A DNA stretch of 64,000 nt, taken from positions 6,119 through 70,118 of the forward strand of contig DATIZK010000064.1 of the NCBI GenBank assembly GCA_035517095.1. The letters run 5' to 3'. The position numbers and the translations under genes are program-made. The notes beneath the pieces are model-generated. The model saw only the letters and a program-made list of their open reading frames with translations. It ran no database searches and was not told the origin of the DNA. Shown here piece by piece: positions 39,118 to 47,883 of the stretch (positions within the stretch are counted from its first letter, which is position 1; each line of letters begins with the position of its first letter). This stretch comes from Burkholderiales bacterium. Lineage in GTDB: Bacteria; Pseudomonadota; Gammaproteobacteria; Burkholderiales; SG8-39.

Positions 39118-40425
39118 TCAGCTCCTGGCTGCAGGCTCGGCGCGCACGAACGCAATCGCCAGCGCCGTCGCGGCCAAACCCAGCACCGCGTAAACGAAGA
39201 ATCCGCGCGCGTACCCGACGGGGCCGAGCACGTCGACGAACGCGCCCAGGATCGGCGGGATCACGAAGCCGCCCAGCGCCCCCAGGCCGCCGACCCAGCC
39301 CGAAGCGCCGCCGACCGCGTGCGGCACGTACTTGGGGACCATCTTGAACACCGCGGCGTTGCCGATGCCCATGCCGAGCGCGATCACCAGCTCGCCCAGC
39401 AGATTGAGCGCGAACTGCGTCACCAGGGTGAGCAGCAGCGCCCCGGCGAGCACCGCGAGGAACGCTCCGACCGCGACGCGCTCGCCGCCGAAGCGCTCGG
39501 AGATCACGCCGCCGAACACGCGGATCGCGGCGGCGAGGAGCGAGAACCCCAGTCCGCCGAGCACGCCCGCGGTCTTGACGTCCATGTGGTGCAGGTTGAT
39601 CCAGTAGGTCGGGAACCAGGCCGTGAGCGCGAGGAACCCGCCGAAGGAAGTGAAGTACAGGAACACCAGGCCCCAGGTGCGCTGCTCCTCGGCGGCAGCC
39701 CACAGCGCGGGCCACACCGACTCCTTGGGCACCAGCTCCTGCCCGCACTGGCGCGCCACCTGCTTCGCTTCCTCGAGCGCAACGCCCTTCTTGCGCAGCT
39801 GGAAGAAGTACGCGTCGCGCGCCAGCCAGGCGTAGATCAACGCGCCGGCGAGCAGGAAGATGAACCACGCCAGGTACGACCCGGCGAGCCCCCAGGCGGC
39901 GATCGCGAACGGCAGCATCAGCGTGAACAGGCCCGGGGCGAGGTTGCCCACGCCGCCGTAGGTGCCGAGCACCGTGCCCTGCCGGTTCTGCGCGAACCAG
40001 TACGACACCTGCGGGATCCCGACCGAGAACGAGGCCACGCCGCAGCCGCTCATGAACCCGAACAGCAGGATCACCGGGTACACCTTCAAGTTCAGGTCGT
40101 GGACCGTGTACAGGATATAGACCAGCCCCCACATGCCGACCAGCGACATGGCGAACAGGGTGAGCATCGGCAGGCGCCCGCCGGCCTTGTCGACCCAGGC
40201 GCCGAACGGGATGCGCAGCAGCGACCCGGTGAGCTGCGGCGCGGCCACCAGCAGCCCGAGGGTGACGCCAGAGATCCCCATCGAGGCCTGGAAGTAGTGC
40301 GCCGCGGGACCGTACAGCGACACCGCGGCGAAGCCGATGAAGAAGCCCCAGGTCCCCATCCACAGACCCGTGGCGGGGGTGCCGCGCAGGCCGTAGCGCT
40401 CGATCAGTTCATTCGTGTTGGCCAT
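39118..40425 (-). CDS. narK: MFS nitrate/nitrite transporter (NarK2-type)
   Basis: 435 aa, 12-TM NNP family (GTWGFFIGFAAVSLYGP..., GAWVDKAGGR). Immediately upstream of narG. Confidence 0.9.
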   Translation of the reverse strand: MANTNELIERYGLRGTPATGLWMGTWGFFIGFAAVSLYGPAAHYFQASMGISGVTLGLLVAAPQLTGSLLRIPFGAWVDKAGGRLPMLTLFAMSLVGMWGLVYILYTVHDLNLKVYPVILLFGFMSGCGVASFSVGIPQVSYWFAQNRQGTVLGTYGGVGNLAPGLFTLMLPFAIAAWGLAGSYLAWFIFLLAGALIYAWLARDAYFFQLRKKGVALEEAKQVARQCGQELVPKESVWPALWAAAEEQRTWGLVFLYFTSFGGFLALTAWFPTYWINLHHMDVKTAGVLGGLGFSLLAAAIRVFGGVISERFGGERVAVGAFLAVLAGALLLTLVTQFALNLLGELVIALGMGIGNAAVFKMVPKYVPHAVGGASGWVGGLGALGGFVIPPILGAFVDVLGPVGYARGFFVYAVLGLAATALAIAFVRAEPAARS

Positions 40426-40443
40426 CGTTGCTCCTAGGCAGTG

Positions 40444-41856
40444 TCAGCATGGCATCTCGGCGTGGCGGCGCGCGTAGTACCACCAGGTAAGCGCGATGCA
40501 GGTCAAGTAGAAGACGACGAACACGATCAGCGCCCCCTGCGGCCCGCCGGTGAGCGCGATCGACGTGCCGTAGCTCTTCGGGATGAAGAACCCGCCGTAG
40601 GCCGCGAACGCGGACGAGAAGCCGAGCACTGCCGCGGCTTCCATGTTCGCGTCCTTCACGGCCTGTTCCTGCACGCCCGCATCCCCGCGCGCGGCCTCGC
40701 GCTGGCGCTCGGTGAGGAAGATGACCGGGATCATGCGGAAGGTCGAACCGTTGCCGATGCCGGTGGTGAGGAACAGCAGCATGAACATGGCGAAGAAGCC
40801 GGCGAAGCTCCCGCCCGCGCCGTGCGAAGGCAGGAAATAGAGCACGCCGAGCACGGCGAGCGTCATGATGATGAAGTTCCAGAACGTCACCGCAGCGCCG
40901 CCGAGCTTGTCGGCCAGCCAGCCGCCGAACGGCCGCACCGCGGCGCCGACCAGCGGCCCGAGCCAGGCATACTGCAGCGCGTTCACGTGCGGGAACTGCG
41001 AGCGGATGAGCAGCGGAAAGCCCGCCGCGTAGCCGATGAACGAGCCGAAGGTCCCGAGGTACAGCCAGCACATGATCCAGTTGTGCTTGCGCTTGAAGAT
41101 CACCGCCTGGTTGCGCAGCGAGGCCTTGGCGTCGGCGATGTCGTGCATCCCGAACCAGGCGGCGAGCGCGGCGAGCGCGATGAACGGCACCCACACGAAG
41201 GCCGCGTTCTGGGCCCAGATCTCGACCTTCTCGCCCGCGGCGTTGACGATCGTCTGCGCGCCGCCCGCGAGCGGGCCGTACACCCCGGCCGCGATCACCA
41301 GCGGCGCGAGGAACTGGACTCCGGAGACGCCGAGGTTGCCCAGTCCTGCGTTAAGGCCGAGGGCCGAGCCCTTGCGCTCCTTGGGGAAGAAGAAGCTGAT
41401 GTTCGCCATGCTCGAGGCGAAGTTGCCCCCGCCCAGGCCGCACAGCAGCGCGAGCACCAGCAGCACGCCGTAGCCCGTGTTCGGGTCCTGCACCGCGACG
41501 CCGATGCCGATCGCCGGCACCAGCAGCGAGGCGGTCGAGAGGGCGGTCCAGCGCCGCCCGCCGAACACCGGCACCATGAACGAATAAAAGATGCGCAGCG
41601 TCGCGCCCGAAAGCCCCGGCGCAGCGGCGAGCCAGAACAGCTGGTTGGCGCTGAACTTGAACCCGAGCGCCGGCAGGTTCACCGCCACCGCGCTCCACAT
41701 CTGCCAGACCGCGAACGCGAGGAACAGCGCCGGGATCGAGATCCACAGGTTGAGGTTGGCGATCGCCTGCCCTTCCTGCACCCAGAATTCGCGGTCCTCG
41801 GGGCTCCAAATCGTCAGGGTCTTGCCCGAGATCGGGCGGGATGGTTTCGCAGGCAT
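40444..41856 (-). CDS. narK: MFS nitrate/nitrite transporter (NarK1-type)
   Basis: Start chosen at MPAKPSRPISGKTLTIWSPEDREFW. NNP family with FYSFMVPVFGGRRW. First gene of the nar operon. Confidence 0.9.
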   Translation of the reverse strand: MPAKPSRPISGKTLTIWSPEDREFWVQEGQAIANLNLWISIPALFLAFAVWQMWSAVAVNLPALGFKFSANQLFWLAAAPGLSGATLRIFYSFMVPVFGGRRWTALSTASLLVPAIGIGVAVQDPNTGYGVLLVLALLCGLGGGNFASSMANISFFFPKERKGSALGLNAGLGNLGVSGVQFLAPLVIAAGVYGPLAGGAQTIVNAAGEKVEIWAQNAAFVWVPFIALAALAAWFGMHDIADAKASLRNQAVIFKRKHNWIMCWLYLGTFGSFIGYAAGFPLLIRSQFPHVNALQYAWLGPLVGAAVRPFGGWLADKLGGAAVTFWNFIIMTLAVLGVLYFLPSHGAGGSFAGFFAMFMLLFLTTGIGNGSTFRMIPVIFLTERQREAARGDAGVQEQAVKDANMEAAAVLGFSSAFAAYGGFFIPKSYGTSIALTGGPQGALIVFVVFYLTCIALTWWYYARRHAEMPC

Positions 41857-41907
41857 GTTCGAGTTCGGCGCTTTTGCGAACTCTCGCGTCGATGTGCATC
41901 CGCCTCT

Positions 41908-41921
41908 TTGATCCAAATCAA
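41908..41921. promoter_or_regulatory. Perfect FNR/Dnr-type box TTGATCCAAATCAA
   Basis: Exact TTGAT-N4-ATCAA palindrome, centre about 58 nt upstream of the narK1 ATG (41856). Confidence 0.7.
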
Positions 41922-41965
41922 GCGATTCGACTTTGACCCTGTTAGCCAAGCGGCTTCTCAAGGTC

Positions 41966-41979
41966 TTAATTCATATCAA
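41966..41979. promoter_or_regulatory. FNR/Dnr-like box TTAATTCATATCAA (one mismatch)
   Basis: 9/10 match to TTGAT-N4-ATCAA, centre about 68 nt upstream of the hemerythrin ATG (42041) and 58 nt from the first box. Confidence 0.45.
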
Positions 41980-42040
41980 GGCGGCCGGCGGCTTGCGCCG
42001 CGAACAATCTGCCGTCGCAACCACTCGGAGCACACGCGCC

Positions 42041-42526
42041 ATGGCGGGCCTCGCGGAATCTCTGTTGCAGCATCATCGCTATTGCGATCGTTTCTTCGCC
42101 TCGGCCATCGAGGCCGCTGCGGCGTCGGACTGGGAGGCGTTTGCGCGCCAGCTCGCGGCCCTGCAAGACGCGCTCGAGCGCCACATCGCCTTCGAAGAGA
42201 GCGAGCTATTCCCCGCTTTCGAGCAGGCGAGCGGTCTGCGCCAGGGGCCGACGGAAGTGATGCGCGCCGAGCATGCCGAAATGAGAGAGCTGCTCGCCGC
42301 TCTCGGCGCCGCTCAGCCGCGCGTCGACCCGGAAGGCTGCTGCGCCGAGCTGGAGCATCTGCGCGCGCTCCTGCAGGAGCACAACCTCAAGGAAGAGGCG
42401 GTCTTGTACCCTGCCTGCGATCAGATGCTCGGCGCACGCAACGACTTGCTTGCCGGGGCACAGGCGCTCAACGACCGCGCAGGCGCTCCAGATCGGGAAT
42501 GCGCACGAGGCGTCCTTCGACCGTGA
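42041..42526 (+). CDS. Hemerythrin HHE cation-binding domain protein
   Basis: Start chosen at MAGLAESLLQHHRYCDRFF. Reads HIAFEESELFPAF, MRAEHAEMRELL, QEHNLKEEAVLYP (His/Glu diiron-type ligand spacing). Divergent from narK1. Confidence 0.7.
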   Translation: MAGLAESLLQHHRYCDRFFASAIEAAAASDWEAFARQLAALQDALERHIAFEESELFPAFEQASGLRQGPTEVMRAEHAEMRELLAALGAAQPRVDPEGCCAELEHLRALLQEHNLKEEAVLYPACDQMLGARNDLLAGAQALNDRAGAPDRECARGVLRP

Positions 42527-43229
42527 TCAGGCCCTGCGCCTCGAGGTCGTGCAGGATGCGCGAGAAGTGCTCCGGGGTCATGTTCAGGCGCGAGGCAATC
42601 ACGTTCTTGCCCGGCGTGAGCTCCAAGTCCACCTGGCCGGTGCCCGCGTCATCGGGCAGCTCGCGCAGCAGGTAGCCGATCACCCGCTCGGCGCCCGAAC
42701 GCAGGGTGTAGGCCTCGACGTCTCGCACCAGCCCGTGCAGGCGCTGCGACAGGCCGGACAGCATGCGGCGCGCGAAAGCCGGGTCGCGCGCGAGCTCGTC
42801 GTTTACCGTGCGCTTGCCTACGTGCAGCAGCATCGCGTCGCTCAGCGCCCGCGCGAACACGATGTAGGGCCGGTCGAGGAACATCAGCGCCTCTCCGAAG
42901 CTCTGGCCGGGGCGGACGATCTCGACCACTTTCTCCACCCCCTGCGGCGAGGTAAAGCCGAGGGTCACCTGGCCGTAGACCACGACGTGAAAGCCGGTGA
43001 CCGGATCGCCGCGGTGGCACACTTCCTCGCCTTTGCGCACGTACAGCGTCTCGGTGCCGGCGGCGATCCGGTCGAGCTCCTCGGGGGTCATCTCGCTGAA
43101 CAGCGGCAGCTTGCCGAGAAACGCCTGCACCTTGATCTGCGGGCGCCGCGGCTTGCGCGACCCCTCGCCATCAATCGGTGGTTGCTTGTTGTCGGATTCC
43201 GGATCCAATTTGCTGGGACCGAAAGGCAA
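42468..43229 (-). CDS. Crp/Fnr family transcriptional regulator, Dnr/NnrR-like (no N-terminal Cys cluster)
   Basis: cNMP-binding-like fold LPLFSEMTPEELDRIA...GQSFGEALMF. Recognition helix TPEHFSRILHDLEAQGLI carries the ExxSR motif of FNR-box binders. Only one Cys in the whole protein. Confidence 0.85.
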   Translation of the reverse strand: MPFGPSKLDPESDNKQPPIDGEGSRKPRRPQIKVQAFLGKLPLFSEMTPEELDRIAAGTETLYVRKGEEVCHRGDPVTGFHVVVYGQVTLGFTSPQGVEKVVEIVRPGQSFGEALMFLDRPYIVFARALSDAMLLHVGKRTVNDELARDPAFARRMLSGLSQRLHGLVRDVEAYTLRSGAERVIGYLLRELPDDAGTGQVDLELTPGKNVIASRLNMTPEHFSRILHDLEAQGLITVEGRLVRIPDLERLRGR

Positions 43230-43248
43230 GTCCGGAGATCGGGCCGCG

Positions 43249-44199
43249 TCAGTCTGATGCCGCGGTCAGGGATCGGATTTCGTCCGCGGACAGCTTCAGC
43301 TGCGTCGCACGCACCAGGCTGTCCAGCTGGCCGATGCTGGTGGCGCTGGCGATCGGCGCGGTGACGCCCTCGCGCGCGATCAGCCAGGCTAGCGCCACTT
43401 CCGCGGGCTTCGCGCCGTGCGCCTCGGCGACTGCGTCGAGCGCCTTTAGGATCCTGAAGCCGTCGTCGTTCAGATATTTCTCGACGCCGCCCTTGCGCGC
43501 ACTGTGCGCGAGATCGGCCTTGCTGCGGTACTTGCCGGAGAGAAAACCGGAAGCGAGGCTGTAATAGACGACGACGCCCAGGCCCTCGGCGATGCACAGG
43601 TCACGCAGCGGGCCTTCGAACTTCCTGCGCTCACACAGGCTGTATTCGGGCTGCTCCACCTCGTAGCGCGGCAATTTCCGGCGCGCAGCGGTGTCGAGCG
43701 CTTCGCGCAGGCCGGCGGGGGTAGCGTTGGAGCTGCCGATTGCCCTTACCTTGCCCGCCTGGATGAGCGCTTGGTAGGCGCGCAGGGTCTCCTCGATCGG
43801 CGTATCGGGGTCCGGCCGATGGCTCAGATAAAGATCGATGTAGTCGGTCTGCAGCCTGCGAAGCGATCCTTCGACGCCAGCCGCGATGCTCTTGGCCGAA
43901 AGGCCCTTGCCGTCGGCTCCGGGCACAGCGCCAAGCTTGGTGATCAGGACCACCCGGGGGCGGCGCGCCGGCGAGGCCTTGAGCCAGTTTCCGATCATCG
44001 TTTCCGACTCGCCGCCCTTGTTGCCGGGCACCCAGCGCGAGTAGACGTCGGCCGTGTCGACCGCATTGAGGCCCGCAGCAACGAAACGGTCGAGCAGCCG
44101 CAAGGCCGTCGGCTGATCCACGGTCCAGCCGAAGACGTTGGCGCCGAGGACCATGGGCGCGATGCGAAGACCGGAGCGGCCGAGAGGTCTAGTATTCAT
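43249..44199 (-). CDS. Aldo/keto reductase
   Basis: 316 aa. MNTRPLGRSGLRIAPMVLGANVFGW...AVDTADVYS..GESE typical of the AKR N-terminus and catalytic residues. Confidence 0.9.
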   Translation of the reverse strand: MNTRPLGRSGLRIAPMVLGANVFGWTVDQPTALRLLDRFVAAGLNAVDTADVYSRWVPGNKGGESETMIGNWLKASPARRPRVVLITKLGAVPGADGKGLSAKSIAAGVEGSLRRLQTDYIDLYLSHRPDPDTPIEETLRAYQALIQAGKVRAIGSSNATPAGLREALDTAARRKLPRYEVEQPEYSLCERRKFEGPLRDLCIAEGLGVVVYYSLASGFLSGKYRSKADLAHSARKGGVEKYLNDDGFRILKALDAVAEAHGAKPAEVALAWLIAREGVTAPIASATSIGQLDSLVRATQLKLSADEIRSLTAASD

Positions 44200-44242
44200 T
44201 TCGTCATTATGCCCATGTGAGTTTTGCAGTAGGAGAACGTAG

Positions 44243-45166
44243 ATGAAAGCAGCCTACTTCATGAGACATGGCGGGCCGGAGGTGATGCGCTACGGCGATG
44301 TACCGGACCCCGTTGCCGGCCCCGGTGAGGTGCTGGTAGACGTTTACGCGGCGAGCGTCAACGGGGCCGACTGGAAAGTGCGCGCCGGGCACTATGCCCC
44401 GATCAGCAGGTTTCCGTACGTTCCAGGGCGCGACTTCTCCGGCATCGTCGGCGCGCTCGGTGACGGGGTGAAGGACTTCGCGCTCGGCGATGCGGTCTTC
44501 GGCGTGTGCGAGGTCGGCCAGGAAGGCGCCTACGCGGAGAAGATCGCGATCCGCGCGGCGATCGTGGCGCGCAAGCCGGCGCAGCTTACGCACGTGGAGT
44601 GCGCGGCAGTCGCGCTCATCGGCCTCACCGCGCTCTGCTCGATCGAGGACACGCTGCAGCTGAAGTCCGGCGAAACGATACTGATCCAGGGCGGCGCCGG
44701 CGGCGTGGCAGGTTTTGCGATCCAGCTGTCCAAGCACATCGGCGCGCGCGTGATCACGACCGCGAGCGCGGCGAACCACGCCTACCTGCTCGGCCTCGGC
44801 GCCGATCAGATCATCGACTACGGCAGGCAGGACTTCACTAAAGTGGCGTCCGGCTGCGACGCGGTGTTCGACACCGTCGGCGGCGAGGTCGCGCAGCGCG
44901 CTTTCGCGGTGCTGCGGCCGGGCGGGCGCGCCGCATTCATCGCCTCGGGCAATACGGCGCCGGTTTCGCCGCGCGCCGACGTCGCGTCCTTGCGCCCCAA
45001 AGTCGGGCGCGACCGCGCGCATCTCGAGCGCATCGTTGCGCTGCTCACGGGCGGCGCCGTGCGCGCGCCCGAAATCACGACCTACGCGTTAGCGGATGCC
45101 GCCGCGGCCCACAAGGTGAGCGAGGGACGACACCTGCGCGGCAAACTGGTCTTCAAGGTACGCTGA
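44243..45166 (+). CDS. NADPH:quinone oxidoreductase / zinc-type alcohol dehydrogenase superfamily (MDR)
   Basis: 307 aa. GEVLVDVYAASVNGADWKVRAG, nucleotide fold ILIQGGAGGVAGFAIQL. Confidence 0.85.
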   Translation: MKAAYFMRHGGPEVMRYGDVPDPVAGPGEVLVDVYAASVNGADWKVRAGHYAPISRFPYVPGRDFSGIVGALGDGVKDFALGDAVFGVCEVGQEGAYAEKIAIRAAIVARKPAQLTHVECAAVALIGLTALCSIEDTLQLKSGETILIQGGAGGVAGFAIQLSKHIGARVITTASAANHAYLLGLGADQIIDYGRQDFTKVASGCDAVFDTVGGEVAQRAFAVLRPGGRAAFIASGNTAPVSPRADVASLRPKVGRDRAHLERIVALLTGGAVRAPEITTYALADAAAAHKVSEGRHLRGKLVFKVR

Positions 45167-45189
45167 TCTAAGTGACGCCGCTCCGGAGG

Positions 45190-45585
45190 GACTTTGCCTG
45201 CGGTGTGCGCAAGACTGGCTAGGCGAATAACAGTCTCAATCGGTATCTCAAGCTGTAGGAGTACAACCACCTTAGGGCTCAAAAATAGGGCGAGCTCGTC
45301 CACAATTTGGCTTTCAACGGTTCCATTCGCGCCAGGTACGACCGTAATAAGATTTCGGCCAACGGCATCGACGGTAATCAACGCTACGCCTGTTTGCGCT
45401 GCCGGCATTCGCCTTGCGCGCTCGACCTTGACCTGAGCAGCACTCATCGAGGCGAGAATTTCATCGCCAAACGCGTCTTCTCCGACCGCACCCACAAAGG
45501 TGGCTTCAGCCCCGCTGCGGGAAGCAGCTGCCGCCTGATTCGCGCCCTTCCCTCCAGGGCTACGTCTGAAATATTCGGCTAGCAC
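45190..45585 (-). pseudogene. Ribokinase/PfkB carbohydrate kinase fragment
   Basis: ORF 45082..45585 contains SPGGKGANQAAAASRSGAEATFVGAVGEDAFGDEI...GVALITVD..G.N.I.VVPGAN (N-terminal half of RbsK-type kinases). It lacks the first ~35 residues and the whole C-terminal ATP-binding half. Locally AT-richer. Confidence 0.6.
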
Positions 45586-45880
45586 TGTCTCGCCCGGGCT
45601 CGGTAGCCGCCGTCCTTCAAGCCGGAAACGATGTCCTCCGCGACCCAGAGGTGGGCGAACAGAGCGTAGGACTGAAACACCATCGAGAGGTGGTGCTTGT
45701 CCGGCTCGAGGCGCGTGACGTCGCGCCCTCCGATAACGATCCTGCCCTCTGTCACTTCCTCCAGGCCGGCGATCAGGCGCAGCACCGTAGTTTTGCCGCA
45801 GCCAGAGGAGCCGAGCAGGACGAGGAACTTTCCCGACGCGGCACGAGAGCTAGCGCCGTCCATGGCGCGCATGGCACCGT
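45579..45880 (-). pseudogene. ABC transporter ATP-binding protein N-terminal fragment (MalK/UgpC-like)
   Basis: ORF 45579..45956 reads FLVLLGSSGCGKTTVLRLIAGLEEVTEGRIVIGGRDVT...LSMVFQSYALF (Walker A and Q-loop region), then stops. ABC signature and Walker B are absent. Confidence 0.6.
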
Positions 45881-45940
45881 AGCGTTTGGGCGCCTTCTCC
45901 AGAGCGATTTCGAACCTCCAGAGCAGGTTATGGAGGCAAT

Positions 45941-47383
45941 TCAGCCTTTGATGCACACCAGCGGCTCCACGCGTGCCACCTTGCGCGCGAGGCCGGCCGC
46001 GTCCGCGGCATCCACCACCGCGGCCACGTCCTTGTAGGCATCCGGCGCCTCCTCGGCGACACCGCGCATCGACGGGCTCTTCACAATGATGCCGCGCGCG
46101 GCGAGGTCGTCCACCACCTTGCGGCCCTGCCAGGTCTTGAGCGCCTGGTGCCGGCTCATGGCGCGCCCCGCGCCGTGGCAGGCCGAACTGAAGGCGAGCG
46201 CCTCGGACTCCTTCGTCCCCGCGAGCACGTAGGAGCCGGTGCCCATCGAGCCGCCGATCAGCACCGGCTGGCCCGCCGCGCGGAACGCTTCCGGCACGTC
46301 CGGATGCCCGGGGCCGAAAGCGCGCGTTGCGCCCTTGCGGTGCACGTAGAGCTTCCGCATGCCGCCCTCATTTTTCCCATCGACGCGGTGCGCCTCAACC
46401 TTGCAGGTGTTGTGCGACACGTCGTAGAGCAGCGGCAGCCGCGCCTGCGGCAGCATCCTGCGGAACACCTCGCGCAGCAGGTGCGTGAGGATCTGGCGGT
46501 TGGCAAGCGCGCAGTTGATCGCGGCGCGCATCGCGCCCAGGTACTCCTGGCCGACCTCCGAGTTGATCGGGGTGCAAGCGAGCTCGCGGTCCGGCAGATG
46601 GATGCCGTATTGCGCCGCGGCGATCGCCATGCGCTTGAGATACTCGGTGCCGATCTGGTGGCCGAGGCCGCGCGAGCCGCAGTGGATCATGATCACGATG
46701 TCGCCCTGCGCCAAGCCGTAGGCCGCGGCGATTGGCGCGTCGAACACCGCGGTCACTTCCTGGATTTCCAGATAGTGGTTGCCGCTGCCCAGCGTTCCCA
46801 TCTCGTCGCGCTGGCGCCTTTTCGCCTGCGCCGAGACGTTGGCGGGCTTGGCGTGCAGCATCTGCCCGTGCTCCTCGATGCGCTCGAGGTCGACGGCTTC
46901 GCCCCAACCGCGCTGCACCGCCCAGGCTGCGCCGCCCGCGAGCATGGCATCCATTTCGTTCTCGCCCAGTCGGATGGTGCCGGTGCTGCCCAAGCCCGCC
47001 GGGATGCTGCGCGAGAGCTCGTGCGCGAGCGGCCCCTGCACCCTCATGATGTCGTCGCGATGCAGACCCGTATGCAGGCAGCGCACACCGCAGGAGATGT
47101 CGAAGCCGACGCCACCCGCGGACACCACGCCGCCCTCCTCCGGGTCGAACGCGGCCACGCCGCCGATGGGAAAACCGTAGCCCCAATGAGCATCCGGCAT
47201 GGCGTAGGACGCCTTGACGATCCCGGGCAGCGCCGCGACGTTAACCGCCTGCTCGTACACCTTGTGGTCCATGTCGCGCACCAGCGCCTCGCTGGCGTAG
47301 ATCATCGCCGGCACGCGCATCGCACCCTGGCGCGGGATTTCCCACTCGTACGCGGAGCGCTTCTCGAACAGTTTCAGCTCCAT
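45941..47383 (-). CDS. rtcB: RNA-splicing ligase RtcB (3'-phosphate/5'-hydroxyl RNA ligase), archaeal/eukaryal-like long form
   Basis: 480 aa. MPDAHWGYGFPIGGVAAFD, GGVGFDISCGVR, SGNHYLEIQ, HCGSRGLGHQ, and the C-terminus HGAGR... match RtcB metal and GTP site motifs. Confidence 0.92.
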   Translation of the reverse strand: MELKLFEKRSAYEWEIPRQGAMRVPAMIYASEALVRDMDHKVYEQAVNVAALPGIVKASYAMPDAHWGYGFPIGGVAAFDPEEGGVVSAGGVGFDISCGVRCLHTGLHRDDIMRVQGPLAHELSRSIPAGLGSTGTIRLGENEMDAMLAGGAAWAVQRGWGEAVDLERIEEHGQMLHAKPANVSAQAKRRQRDEMGTLGSGNHYLEIQEVTAVFDAPIAAAYGLAQGDIVIMIHCGSRGLGHQIGTEYLKRMAIAAAQYGIHLPDRELACTPINSEVGQEYLGAMRAAINCALANRQILTHLLREVFRRMLPQARLPLLYDVSHNTCKVEAHRVDGKNEGGMRKLYVHRKGATRAFGPGHPDVPEAFRAAGQPVLIGGSMGTGSYVLAGTKESEALAFSSACHGAGRAMSRHQALKTWQGRKVVDDLAARGIIVKSPSMRGVAEEAPDAYKDVAAVVDAADAAGLARKVARVEPLVCIKG

Positions 47384-47384
47384 C

Positions 47385-47798
47385 TCACACGTCCACCACG
47401 GTTTGCGCGAGCCACCCGTCGCCCTGCGGCGCGACGCGCAGCATGGTATAGGTAGCGCCCTTTACTTCCACCGCCGGGCGGTGGCGCGGCGCGTCCATCG
47501 GCTCGCCCCAGACCTCGGCGGCAAGCCGCGCGCCCTCAAGCCGCACCGCGAAGCGCGAGAACAGCATCCTGCGCGTCGCCATCTCGTACACCAGGGCGTT
47601 CAACCATTCCGCGAACAGCAGCTCGTCGTCGGGCGCCTCGCAGTCCACCTCGATGCGCTCGAGCGGCCGCACCGCGGCCGGGTCGGTGATCACCGCGGTC
47701 AGCGCGAGCGCCGCCTGCTCGAAGGCCTCGGCCTTGCTTGCGCCGATACCCCGCACCCCCACGTCGGCGCCATGCTCGAAGTGCTCCCAGCGTGTCAT
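47385..47798 (-). CDS. Archease (RtcB activator family)
   Basis: Start chosen at [33 protein letters not shown]...[12 protein letters not shown]. About 137 aa. Its stop is 1 nt from the rtcB ATG. The track ORF N-terminal extension from 48029 looks spurious. Confidence 0.8.
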   Translation of the reverse strand: MTRWEHFEHGADVGVRGIGASKAEAFEQAALALTAVITDPAAVRPLERIEVDCEAPDDELLFAEWLNALVYEMATRRMLFSRFAVRLEGARLAAEVWGEPMDAPRHRPAVEVKGATYTMLRVAPQGDGWLAQTVVDV

Positions 47799-47837
47799 CA
47801 CCCTGCGCCCATCGTCCGCTCCGCGCGCGGGCAAGGT

Positions 47838-47851
47838 TTGATTTGCGTCAA
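47838..47851. promoter_or_regulatory. FNR/Dnr-like box TTGATTTGCGTCAA
   Basis: TTGAT-N4-GTCAA (9/10) in the 85-nt gap between the divergent archease (ATG 47798) and fadD (GTG 47884) genes. Confidence 0.5.
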
Positions 47852-47883
47852 TCCTGGGCGCAGGCCACGATCGAAAATGGGTC

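Noticed and set aside
35553-39347. 1264-aa plus-strand ORF antisense to narG
   Set aside because: Same high-GC shadow-frame composition (R/A/G/V/D runs), whereas the minus strand encodes an unmistakable NarG with the FS0 motif.
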